In this document: piece by piece, positions 1 to 12,100 of the stretch
How the letters are laid out: each line of letters opens with the position of its first letter
Numbering within the stretch: the stretch's first letter is position 1
The notes under the pieces: model-generated
The model's database searches: none
What the model saw: only the letters and a program-made list of their open reading frames with translations
What the model was told of the DNA's origin: nothing
Source of the DNA: Torpedo marmorata
Lineage: Eukaryota
Reading direction: 5' to 3'
Assembly: GCA_977017645.1 (NCBI GenBank)
Contig: OZ360247.1
Location: forward strand, 16,430,001 to 16,494,000
DNA: 64,000 nt
Program-made: the position numbers and the translations under genes

Positions 1-544
1 CATCCATTAGTTCCCTTCTATTTAAACCAGATGTTTTCAGGGTAAATCTCACCCCGCCATGTTCGCTGTACATTTAAAGGTTGATACTTTGGCAGCTTCG
101 TTTTATAACAATAATCGTAAACCTAATTTTAGGCGGTAGGTCAAATTTTTAATCTAGATTATTGACAGCATGACACTTAATCAAGTAAAGTACAATAAAA
201 TCAAATGTAACGAATTTTTATGGGCTTATGGTAACCGAGCAGTCTGTGAAAGTTTACGAAGCTGGTTGTTGATATCTTCCGAGTTTGTCTGAAGTTTATT
301 TTATACAAATAATGATCATTTTTGGAAGACAGCCTAAACTAAAGGGTTTAGCTGTAGGATAATGCTGAATCTGAACGCTATTAAAATAGTTTTGTGGACG
401 GCCCAAGTGAAATTTGTAACATTCGATCTGAGCTCAAAGTAAGATTTCCCCCCTCCCTCCTAACGCCCCCGCCCCCTCCACCTCACCCGCACTTCTTCTA
501 TAGTCTGGAAAAGCCGGGAATCAAGATCAGCCATGGCATCTGTT

Positions 545-759
545 TTGCTTGTTTGGTGAAGGCTATTCATGTCATTTGCTTTTGAGTGTGTAAGATGGAT
601 TCACACCCGTTCCACTATTATTCCGTGGTTCTTCTAACCTTAGGTCAACTGCCAGGAGGCTATTGGAAGAAAGCGTCACGTGAATCGGGGTGCCAATGTT
701 ATTCGATAAGGGTGTCAGGACCCTGACAGTTTGTGAAATAAATATTGGGAAACTGCGAG
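545..759 (+). promoter_or_regulatory. Conserved Hox3 5' region: probable 5'UTR splice acceptor (TAG at 641-643), E-box GTCACGTGA and the TTTGTGAAATAAATATTGGGAAA leader
   Basis: Pyrimidine tract TTCTTCTAACCTTAG; the leader motif before the ATG resembles that of other vertebrate Hox3 genes (from recall); AGATGGAT Pbx/Hox-like site at ~592. Confidence 0.5.
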
Positions 760-1174
760 ATGCAAAAAACGACATTCTACGACAACTGTACTCTATTCGG
801 TGGATACACATACCAGGGAGCAAATGGTTTCAGCTATGAAGTGGCGCAGGAACCCTATCCACCATCTTCTCACGTTGAAAGTGATTATCCAAGGTCGGCC
901 TGCTCCCTGCAGCCAGCTGGCACCAGTGGTCCGCATGCCAAATCTAAAGACATCAATGGAAGCTGCATGCGTTCGAACCTCCCTGAACACCGCCAACCTC
1001 CACCTGTCTCACCTCCCCAAAACCCCAGCAGCAACTCGACACAGCCAGGCACCAGCAAGACTCTGCCCAAATCTTCCCACACCTCCACACCCAGTCTCAC
1101 CAAGCAGATATTCCCATGGATGAAAGAGACACGGCAAAACTCCAAGCAAAAAAATAGCAACAGTCCTAGCACAG
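760..1174 (+). CDS. hoxb3: Homeobox protein Hox-B3, coding exon 1 (joins 1943..2712; ~394 aa)
   Basis: MQKTTFYDN...LFGGY...SACSLQ...[14 protein letters not shown]-terminus typical of HoxB3; hexapeptide IFPWMKE; phase-1 donor ACAG|GTACAC at 1174/1175. Confidence 0.93.
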
Positions 1175-1942
1175 GTACACTGTTTTTTTTTGTGCCGTTT
1201 TCGTACCCAATGAAATGGCTGCACGGTTATTTAAATCAAAACATTAAAAACACGATTTCCAAACGTGTGCAGCACGTAAAGCCTTCGCTGATACTTTAAC
1301 ACTTTGTTGATACACTGTTAACATTAAGTCATGCTGTCTTCCTGTAATTCCAGTTTGTCGATTTGTTATAATTTTGTACTGAAACATGTAATTACACCAA
1401 ATATATACATCATGTTACTCTTTCTAGACAACCCAGAATGCGTAAAGGTCACATTCTGGTTGATTGTGAAACAAGAAAGTTGATATCATAAAAAAGTGAA
1501 ATACAAACAAGTGCCACAAACCCATAAAACATTCTTAGGTTTGTTCTACGATTATAGCTGTTGAGACAAGTATTAACGTCTTCAATGTAGCATTCTTTGA
1601 TTTTGAACATGATCTTGAATTGGTCAGAAGTATGTTTACTCATTTTGTTCTGTTTCAATCCACCATTTAGCCTGTAAGCTCATCAACTGTGGAATATGTT
1701 GATCTAAACATAGATTCAATATAATTATGATTCAATGTTCTGAATTCTGGAGATTCCACATTTTATTTCTGGTGTTGGGGGTGTAGTACTTTTAATATTA
1801 TCTGACGCGAAAGTTATGGATATTTGAATGTTAAATTGGACACCTATTTTTCTTTCTTGTGTTATTAAATGTTTTTGGAGAACTTTCTTGTTTAGATGAG
1901 TGCACCTTAAGCAGGTAATTGTCTTTATCTTATTGCTCACAG

Positions 1943-2712
1943 CTGAAAATGTCAGTGGGGACAAAAGTCCACCGGGATCTGCCTCAAAGAGAGCGCGCAC
2001 TGCCTATACCAGCGCACAACTGGTGGAACTGGAAAAAGAATTCCATTTTAACCGTTACCTTTGCAGACCTCGCCGAGTGGAGATGGCGAACCTGCTCAAT
2101 CTCAGTGAACGGCAGATCAAGATTTGGTTCCAAAATCGCCGGATGAAATACAAAAAAGATCAAAAAATAAAAGGCATGGTGAGTTCTTCTGGAGGACAGT
2201 CGCCCACAGGAAGCCCTCCACTTTCTGTCCAAGCCCCCACTGGGTTTGTAAATGCCATGCATCCACTTGCTAACAATTCTGCCTACGATGACCCTTCACC
2301 GCCGCCTTTCAATAAACCTCATCAGAACGCTTATACCATGACCACGAGTTACCAAAACCCAATGAAAAGTTGCCCAACTCAGCAACAGAAAAGATATCCT
2401 GGAACAGCTCCAGAATATGATCCCCATGTACTACAGGGGAGTGGCAATTATGGGACAACAAACATGCAGAGTAGTCCAGTGTATGTTGGTGGGAACTATG
2501 TGGATTCTATGTCCGCTTCAGGGCCTTCTCTCTTTGGCCTCAATCACCTCTCTCACCCTGCCACTACAAGCATGGACTACAACGGTGCTGCACAGATGAC
2601 CCCCAGTCAGCACCATGGACCTTGTGACTCACATCCAACCTACACAGACCTTTCATCACATCATCCTTCTCAGGGAAGAATTCAGGAAGTTCCCAAACTG
2701 ACCCATCTGTAG
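1943..2712 (+). CDS. hoxb3: Homeobox protein Hox-B3, coding exon 2 (homeodomain and C-terminus)
   Basis: Acceptor TTGCTCACAG|CT keeps the frame; PG3 homeodomain [58 protein letters not shown]; conserved end [12 protein letters not shown]-stop. Confidence 0.95.
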
Positions 2713-3766
2713 CAGATGCAAGTGGGGTGCTTGACTGAGGAAAAGTATTAACCTTTCCGTTTCTCATTATTCCCCTTTGATCCATTCTCTATGTGTTTTC
2801 TTATTCATGTATGCTGGCTTGTATGAATATATGTTGCTTATATTGTTCCCTCACCAAATCTGTCCTCCTATGTAGAGAATGCTTGATCCATCCCCTCCCT
2901 ATTCCCCTCTTTACTACCACCTCTTCCCCTCCCAAACAAGCAATCATTACAATCTTTAGGGTAAAATAATACTTGGTAATGCAAAAACCCGAGAGGTTGT
3001 ACATTTATTTCTTGGACTTAACGTGAAACAGGGTAAATGAATAAATCTTCTGTCCTTTGAGAAAAGCAAAAGTGAAGACATTTTTGGGTATTTGCTGATG
3101 CTTGATTTCCTTTGGACACCTGTATTGCACTTATAGTTTACATTTCAATGGGTGAAACAGCTCATATGAGGCAAACGATTCCAACTCGGCCTTGAAGGAA
3201 TCTTAAGAATGAGTAGCTGGTGCGTCTTTCAATATGTGTGTATTCTGGTGAACATTCAGATATATTTATTGATCAATGCCAGGAAAATATTTCTTTTTTG
3301 TATTATTTATCCCCAACAATGCGTATTTATATAAAAAAATAAAATTCTGTACTTTTTAGCCTGTCAAAACAGTTGTATTCATGTCTCTGTAAACAAGTTT
3401 ATTTTAGTTAATGTTAACTAGAACAAAATTGTAGTTTTCTGTTACCATTGTACCTACAAATAATGTAATTAGTTATATTATAGGCATGGGAACAGAATTG
3501 GACAGTAATTGTATAGTCTTGATTTAGAAAAATATAGCAAATTCTCCTTTTCTGAGACTCTTGCCTTCTTTGTAGTTATTTTCCTTGCTAACAGTTGTCT
3601 GTCAAACAATTCTGGAATAAATCTCTTGTTAACATATTTTCTTGTATGGATTATATATTCATGATCATACATTTATGACTACCAAAACCTCACCAATATA
3701 CATTTTACATTAACACCCTATTTTTGAGTGGACAGCTGTGATAGCTAAATTATTCAATTCATGCTT

Positions 3767-3769
<3 letters not shown>

Positions 3770-3810
<41 letters not shown>
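3770..3810. repeat. (CT)n microsatellite
   Basis: About 20 perfect CT units. Confidence 0.95.
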
Positions 3811-3813
<3 letters not shown>

Positions 3814-6014
3814 ATCACAAATAAGCACACATACACACAGTGGTGGCATTGGAGCCAATATCTTCTTTCTATTTATTGCCTTATTATTCCTCTGCTTTCA
3901 ATCTATTTTGTTCCAATATCAGGACTCTGTATGTGTGAGGGGGCTGGGGTAGTGATTTGTGAATGGAAATGTCTTTAATTATTGCTTCTTACAAAACCAA
4001 AGAAAGAAGCACTTCTTCATCTTGTAAATATCTTTATTACCAAACAAGAACTAGAGACTTACACAAACATTCAGGAATTAAGGGGTAAAAAGTTTCCATC
4101 CGGTGTAATGAGACACCACGTGGTGTCTGGACAGAGCAGTCATTGGACCTGCAAGAGAAACAAAGACCAAAGCATGAGCTGCCTGCCAAAGTACACAGAC
4201 CTTTCCAGCTCATTCCATTCACAATGAAAGATATTTTTCTTGGTCTAGCAATCAACTGCTTTTAAAGTGATGTTATCAGACTAAGATATGCATGACTTTG
4301 AATGAAAAACGATTTTACACTGAAGTTTCTATAAACTCTAAATCCTGGGAAATAGCTGAGAGAAAGTGGTATCTGCCTTGAAAGCAAAATTGAAAGCCGT
4401 GTTATTCTGTTTCTGAAACGAAAATGCCAATGCAAATGCTTGTAAATATGGTCGACAGGTTAACAATTTTAACAAAACTTTTACTGTGTTCTTTTAAAAT
4501 TAAGTTTATTGGATTTTGAGTATAAATGTGAGTGAACTGGGTCTAAGAGTTAGAGCGCCAACCACTGTAATCAAAAACACACATTGTAACAATAGGTTTC
4601 AGTTAACCTATCAGCGACCTCGGAAAAGAAAAGCCCAAAGTGATTCTAGTTATCTGTTCACATCGTGCATTTATTTCGAATTAATGACATCGTCTTTTTT
4701 TTTTAATTTTCTGTGCACCAATTCTTTAGGAAGCAAGAAATGATTTTCTACAATGTTCATTTATGGTCCGAGCAAAGTTCGGTGTTCATTATAAAAACAA
4801 AGTATTAAATCATTTTCCAATCCATTTATTTCTCAAGGCAAGATTTCATTAATATTTGCATTCCGCTAATCTGCCAGTAATAAAACAATCAATCTTTTTC
4901 ACGGATTTAGCTATGAAGGCACAAGAATTAGAGTGGACGTCAGTTTTAAATTCAGATATGCAATGCAAGATCACCGAGAATCCTATTTCATGTTTATTTA
5001 ACTCATGTGAAAACATAATATCGTCAATATGACTATCGTCTGATTTTTGCAAAAGCAAGTTAATATATTTATAGAAACTTTTTTATGCTTCTGTGACATC
5101 AATATGAAGGAGCAAGCTACTCCAAATCGGTTCCTAATTATATATACTGCGATATGGACCATTAAAAAGCCACAAATCTGTGTGAAAGTTTTCCTGAGAT
5201 CGAATAACAACTCTCCAGGGTTTTCTAAACACAATTTTGCAGCTGATGTCAACCAGAGCAACAAAAAAAAGATTCGGCGCCATATTGTTGGATTTTCGAC
5301 CCTTCGCCGCCACCCCCCCCCCGCCCCCCCCCCAAATCAATCTACCAGCGAATAAAAGTCCTTAAATTTTGCATTTGATAGCAACCCGCAGGAATGTTTT
5401 AATTGTCCCGCATTCCTTGGATATCATGGAAATTAACCAGCCTCTTAATATCCAGCGCCCGTTTTATGTATTGCATTCATCTTAAATCTGTGCATCCTTC
5501 TCTATTCAATGCATTAAATACTTGTTTACAATGCTATTTCACTCTCCATATCGGATTCCATTAGAAATTTGTACGGTTTATAACAAAGCATAGCAAGAGA
5601 CTGTGTATAAAACTGTAGCAAATAAACTGTAGAAAATATTTAACTTGATTCCGTTTTAACTCGTAAATCTTTCGGGCAACTTATTGTTATTTATTAAAGT
5701 CGTTCTCAGGACCAGGAACAAGCGCACAATGAAGATAAATCCGCAGCTACCAGTTCAAAACAAAACGACACGCCATGTTACTGCCTTTTTCTCACGTCAT
5801 ATTTTAACCAATTATTCCTCGGTTTATGCTCCCCTAGCAACTTCCACACTCCAGCTATGAGTAACGCGGCTACAATTATTAATTTCAGTGCCCGGGTTTG
5901 GCGCATTGAACTATTTTATTTGGAATACTTTCTTCCTGATTTAAGAATAGATTCCTTCGCTTCAGAACAGTTTCAGTGTTGCAATGTCCTGTGAGTGGCC
6001 GCGCTTAAATACTT

Positions 6015-6120
6015 GCAACCCCACACATGCTTTGACAAACAAAGGATTTCAGGCCCATTTCGCGAATTCATTTCACATCCCACACAGTGTTCACCAGGAG
6101 GTTTGGGAAACCCACACAAG
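6015..6120. promoter_or_regulatory. Candidate Hoxb2 r3/r5 Krox20 (Egr2) enhancer
   Basis: Three CCCACAC (GTGTGGG) motifs at 6020, 6079 and 6111 plus an ACAAAG Sox/Box1-like site, just upstream of the r4 module, as in the mouse Hoxb2 upstream enhancer. Confidence 0.6.
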
Positions 6121-6380
6121 ACAATCAGTTAAAATCCATTCCCCCTTGGAAATGAAAAAAAATCTAATCTATCTATATGTTTTCGTTTGCTGTTTTACTC
6201 CGTTCTCCCAGTCACCGGTTTGTTATTGATATAGTAAGTGCTGGCAACTTAGAGTTTAAAAAATAAATGCTTTTCATCGCCCCTTTTCTTTAAGAAAAGA
6301 TGGTTAGAAAGGAAGGCCAGTTTCACTTCCTGGCATTTGATATGGGAAGCCAAATTCTTCTGCGGACTCCCGAGCCTTAG

Positions 6381-6413
6381 CTGTCAAGCTGTTCTGTGGA
6401 GAAAGATTGATCG
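6381..6413 (+). promoter_or_regulatory. Hoxb2 rhombomere-4 enhancer core (Meis/Prep CTGTCA + Pbx-Hoxb1 AGATTGATCG)
   Basis: CTGTCA at 6381-6386 and AGATTGATCG at 6404-6413; the same bipartite site pair as the known mouse Hoxb2 r4 enhancer, ~1 kb upstream of the ATG. Confidence 0.8.
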
Positions 6414-7279
6414 TGGCTGTCTTTATTTCCTCGGGTCTATCTTTTTTTTAAAGGGTAACTATTGTAACACTAATGTCGGTCACACTGAAACAGTTTCTTA
6501 AAATGTTTCCATTTCACATAATGTTCGACAAACCACAGCTTTGGAAATACATTTTCAATAAACTTTCCTACTTTCAAACTCATTTTTAGTTTTTTTTTTG
6601 TCAACACAACACAACAAAATGGAGAATCTACCTATAAAGTTTGAGTGAACGGATTAATAGATCAATGATCAATGAATAGAAAGTAAAATGCTGCACAAAT
6701 TTGGACTAGATGATAAGATGAGTAGAAATTGGTTAAAATAATTTACTCAACAGTTCATCGCTATTGGCAGCCCTTGTTCAGATTAAAAACCGATACTTAC
6801 CTGGTTTCAGAAACCTCTTCTGCACTTAAAAAAACTACCGTATAGCTGTTAAATCCGTCCGAGAATTGGAAAAGGCACACTTTGTCACTTGTGTCCAGTG
6901 ATACTGATATTTAAAGGGATTGGATTTTTCCTAGAGGCCTATAGCAAATGCCTGGCTGATCCTGGGAAAGTTCCATTTTGTCACTGGCCCTTGTTGTCAA
7001 AACTTTGAAGATTAATGAGGTACCTTGTTAATTACTCAAGTCACCAGATTTTAGGTGCAAATCTTCTTCACTTGAATTGCAAAATACTGAGGTGTAATTG
7101 GGAGAGATTTTTAAAATAAAACCTCAACGTCCAATCCCTAAAATAAAAAAGAAAATACACAATTAAAAGTGACAAAATATAATTGTAAAATTAAAACTGT
7201 GACTTGAAAAAAATAAAGTGGAATTATTTTCTTCACTTTTTTTGAATGAATTGCAGAGATAATAGTTTCTTTTCATTAG

Positions 7280-7345
7280 ACACCAAATTGCCATTGGGCA
7301 ACGCCAATCATGTGACAACGAATTTGGTCCAATTTCAATATAGAC
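7280..7345 (+). promoter_or_regulatory. hoxb2 proximal promoter (CCAAT boxes, CATGTGAC E-box, AATATA)
   Basis: CCATTGG, GCCAATCATGTGAC and GTCCAAT clustered 130-190 bp before the ATG. Confidence 0.5.
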
Positions 7346-7469
7346 CTCAGCTTAATAGAGCCGGTCCCCATACGCCTTGTAATATCAGAGATACAGAATT
7401 AAAGCCTCAAAATATTATTTTCCTGACCTATAATATTCATAACTTTCTCCATTCGGCATTAAGAAGGCC

Positions 7470-7833
7470 ATGAATTTCGAATTGGAGCGAGAGATTGGTT
7501 TCATTAACAGCCAGCCTTCGCTCGCCGAATGCCTGACGTCCTACCCTGCTGTCGTTGATACATTTCAAAGTTCATCAATCAAGAACTCGGCGCTTTCACA
7601 CTCGACACTAATTCCTCCTCCTTTTGAGCAGACCATCCCAAGCCTGAATCCCAGCAGCAACCAGCCGCGGCCAAGTCGCGAAAAGCGGCCTCCAAATGGC
7701 CCATTCTCATCTGCTGCCGGGGCCGAGTTCCCGTGGATGAAAGAGAAAAAGTCGTCGAGGAAAAACAACGAAGCGCCTCTGTCATTGTCAGCACCAGTCC
7801 CTGGGTCCTCTCCAGCCGCGGAGTCTCCGACAG
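7470..7833 (+). CDS. hoxb2: Homeobox protein Hox-B2, exon 1 (joins 8459..9174; ~359 aa)
   Basis: [26 protein letters not shown]2 N-terminus (MNFE is B2-type); hexapeptide EFPWMKEKK; phase-1 donor ACAG|GTCTGC. Confidence 0.9.
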
Positions 7834-8392
7834 GTCTGCCCACAGCCCACACTTTCTCTGCATCATTTAAATGCTTGCTTTAAATCAACAATTCTGGCTT
7901 TTCATTAGTCACATTTTAACCCACTGAGTTTGAAAGAGTTAGAACGTGAATGAAAGGTTAGAATGGGGTAATTGCAATGTGATTGGGGTTTAATTTATAA
8001 AATGCATTTATAATTATGCTGCGCTTCCAAAGTTTAGCCTCCACGTGCGGATTTATTGTAACATTTTTTAATGTCGTTGATTGTGCGATTTGCCTCATTA
8101 CATTGTGAAAATACACGGCTGTGTTTTAGATGCTGACATTTGCATTTTCGGCGGCCATGTTGATCAAACTCGAACAAGCTGCGGGAAGTCGAGAGTAAGG
8201 ATGTGATTCGCTGTATCAAATTATCAATGTGAGGATATTTATGTCAAGGATAAGGATTCTTATTGTCCGATTGGAAGAAAGAAATCTGTCACAGAGCTAA
8301 TTTGAATGGAATTTATGAAAGAAAGAAAATACCCAACCGTAGTTGTGTCATTTGTTTTCACTGTGGATGTTAAAGTATTTGTTTTTACTCCT

Positions 8393-8417
8393 ATCTCTCT
8401 CTCTCTCTCTCTCTCTC
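8393..8417. repeat. (CT)n microsatellite within the hoxb2 intron polypyrimidine tract
   Basis: CT dinucleotide run ~40 bp upstream of the acceptor. Confidence 0.85.
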
Positions 8418-8458
8418 ATTCTCTCCCTTTCTGTGTTTCTCTTCCCCTCTCTTGTTAG

Positions 8459-9174
8459 ACGGTCAGGGAGAGCAGGATAACAGCAATAGTGCGCGGCGAT
8501 TGAGGACGGCCTACACAAACACTCAGCTGCTGGAGCTGGAGAAGGAATTTCATTTTAACAAATATCTGTGCAGACCACGCAGGGTGGAGATCGCAGCCCT
8601 GCTCGACCTGACCGAGAGACAAGTTAAAGTTTGGTTCCAAAACCGCCGCATGAAACACAAGAGGCAAGCACAATATAAAGAAAATCAAGATAGCGGAGTA
8701 CGTTTTTGTAACAAATCGCTGCCAGAAGACGAAGCCCAGGAGTCAGCACCTTATACTCAACCGATCGAAGCGTCGGGAACTTACTTAGAAAATAAAAACT
8801 GCGCCGATCAGTCACGAAAGCAAAGCCAAAACACGCTTAGCAAAGAACTCCAAAATCTGCAAGATCTGACAGCGTGCAGCAGCGACGCCAAGGCAAGGAG
8901 TCCTTTCTATCTAACGGGGACAGCTGATAACGGTTATACAACAGGCCAGAATTCTTTGGCTGGTCTGGACACCGTCAGCCTGGAAGCCCTGGAATTAATC
9001 TCCCTCCCAGATTTAAACATGTTTTCTTCGGATTCGTATCTGCCATTCTCCGATGGATTATCTCCCAGTTTGCAGGGTTCTATCGACAGTCCTGTGGATA
9101 TCCCTGAGGACAGTTTTGATTTTTTCACCAGCGCTCTCTGCACAATAGACTTGCAGCACCTCAGTTATCAATAA
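8459..9174 (+). CDS. hoxb2: Homeobox protein Hox-B2, exon 2 (homeodomain)
   Basis: Long CT-rich tract then TTAG|AC in frame; [58 protein letters not shown]; C-terminus [15 protein letters not shown]. Confidence 0.93.
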
Positions 9175-12100
9175 CGATTGACAAGTTGTAGGGCCATTGT
9201 AGAAATTCAGCCATGTTTAAAATATGTTCAGTGTTTCCTATTTAAAAAAAGTAATGTGGAACAATAAAATCTGTGTGATATAGGATTGATCTCACAGTAA
9301 ATATTTTATTCTTCAGCCTTGTCCAGGAGTCTACAAGAATTGCAGTCTTTATTGCACCAGGTATTTAATTAAATATAGTTTTATTCAGTTGCAGTTTCGT
9401 AAATTACGACTAAATTGTAGATTCTCCTCTTCAATACTCAGGAAAACATGTGTCGGATTTGTATTTATAGTAAAGCTGATTTATCTCATAGCTTCCAAAA
9501 GGATAACTGTGACGAGTTATTTTATGTTTTAGAGGTAGCCTATTTATTGAAAATATTGAAATAGTGAATTTTAAATTATTTATTGTACATTATTTTCATA
9601 GCTTAAATAAAACAACTTAATTCTTTAATGAACCTTTACTCTCTGTGTTTCAAGATGGCTGTTCGTGTGCTTTGTTAGAGAGAATTTATAATTTGCATCA
9701 TCGATGTCTGGTACAGAAAACATTTGCCGTAACCTGACAAAAATAACGCGATTGCCAACATTTCTAGCGAAGGGAAATCTCTAACCACTGAATGTTAAAA
9801 TTGGTCATGATGGACCCATCACTATTTTATCGTATAAATGATATGATTATGTAAATAAGTTGTGCCATTCTACAACTTTAACCAACTCACTCGGTAAATA
9901 GACAAATATTTCAATCTCATTTGGACCTCTAAGCTCTGTTTTTTTTTGTGCTGTCAGTTGACATTTTGTTGGGTTCACTTTACTCTCAAAGATGGTTTGT
10001 GTTTGATAACCATGCCCCTCCCCCCATTCTTGAACCCAAATCACGCAATCAGGTCAAGGTGCAGGTGCCAAATTGGAAGATTCTAATTCCTCGCTTACTC
10101 ATATTTCTGAAACATAATCTTCTAAAATGTTGTAAGGTGATGGGACAAATAAATATTCGAAGAAAATTTTAAACTACGACAGTGATTGGATTAAAATAGA
10201 TGTCTCCAACAAGGAACTTCAGAGCTCGATGGACAGAATGGCCACCTCTTAAAATTGCTCTTCTAATTTTTAAATGAATAGTTTTAAATATAATGCATGG
10301 TTCTTGTAAGGTATGTAAAGCAAAACTTTAAAAAGCGAAAAGCTCAAAGTTTATTCTAAATACGAAACAGATGATGCGTCGGATGGGGAGGGGCATCGAG
10401 ATACATTTCATCCATCCAAACCTGTCTGCTTTATTTCTATTTCTTACCGAATGGAATAATTTAAAGGAGACTTTCAAAAGAGAATTGGTATCTCATTCTT
10501 TCCCTGAATCATGAAAATTAATCCGGTGTTCTTGGTACATAATATTTTGTTATGAATCCACCAGAATTGCAGAGAATGCATGAAGTTGCCACGTTTTCTC
10601 TCTCTCTCTCTCTCTCTCCCCCCCCACCCTTCTGAAGTATATCGCGAAGAAACAAAAAATAGCGCGAGCAGCAAACTCAATGAGGAGACAGGAAGTAAAA
10701 CTTCGGCAAAGCAGAAGATAATCGAATTTAACAAATAAAAATACGAGGCTGGAGTCTGAGGAGCAAGACCTCGCGTAACTCGCCAAAAAATAACTACCAA
10801 CATCGATCATCCGCTCCATTTTTTATTCACAATTGTACTCCACTTTCCGGGGCTCCCACTCGCCCTCGCGCCCCGCCAGGGGAGCCTTATTTACAAGATG
10901 TATTTTTTTTTACTTAAAGTCATACATCAAGTTGCTTTATGAATGAAGGGGGTCATTTCGAGAAATCAATCGTAGTGACACGAAAAATAAATCATATTAC
11001 GCATTTGCCTAGTCACGGGTGTTTCCCAAGCATGGTAGAAATTTGGTGGTGACTTCGTAAACGCTCTGCAGAACGGGCTGAACAATCTCCAAGTCTATCG
11101 GATCTTTCTGCAAAATGGCGTCGTGTTTGCAACGAACACAAAACACTTACCATTTACCGATTTTTACTGCAATATTTTCAACTGCATAAAAATATACCCA
11201 TTTCATTGTTCCACAGGATTTTACAAGCTCGGCTAGTTTCTCAATTATTTTTTAAAGATGCGTCGAAACATTTAAACAACCGGGTCCTGACTTAATTAAT
11301 TTGAACTTTCCACCGCCGACCCCTTTAGCTTTTCCTTAACATGATCTTACATATCGATCATCTTTACATCTTTAGTAATTCAGACACAGTTCTTATTTTA
11401 TTAAGTCACGACGTTTACCCAATTCTATTACAGCCTGCAGTTAGTCTGTAGTTGCCTAGTTATGGTTCTAACTCCTGCAAGGAAAGATGTTTGCTTGTTC
11501 AACAGTGCTTCCCCGCTAATGCAGAGTTCACATGGGTGAGTCACGAGCTGGTGTGACAAAGCAGACAAACGATAGAGACCGAGAGACATAAAATAGATTA
11601 AAAAAAAGAGAAAGCAGACGTAAAGCAGTATATAGATTGGATGAATTAAAGGAGAAAGGGAAGACATTTGAGGCAGAACAAACTCGATAATACACGCAGT
11701 ACAGGCAGGTACAGAAATACACATAAAGGAGAAAATACAACGATTCAAGCAACCGGAGAGTGGGAAGGAAATCGAGAGAGGGAGACTTTCATGTTCATTC
11801 AAGAGAGATTCTGAAAACAAATGTCGAAATTTGTTCTTTATTTAGAGGAATTTTGTTCATGTGTTCAATAGAATCTGAGTGCCCAGCTTCCAGGAAACTC
11901 TAGGGTTAAATCTTGGCGCAGAGTTATGTATTTTCCTTTATCCCAATATAAATACACGAAGGTTTAATTGAATAGAAACTCCTTCAATTTACGTGTGCAA
12001 ACCTTGACGTGTTATCAATACAGATCTCTAACGAGCACCTCTTTACATAGCATAATGACCAGTAAAACTTGCTGCCCGTCCAGGGAACACGCCAGTGACA

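Noticed and set aside
745-1299. Hox ORF-track starts and ends (745, 1900, 8452, 18177 and read-through tails)
   Set aside because: These extend into UTR or intron; true boundaries follow the ATGs and GT/AG sites given in features.
11526-11544. AGTTCA half-site as a possible 5' RARE
   Set aside because: No second half-site at DR1, DR2 or DR5 spacing; the adjacent TGAGTCA is AP-1-like.
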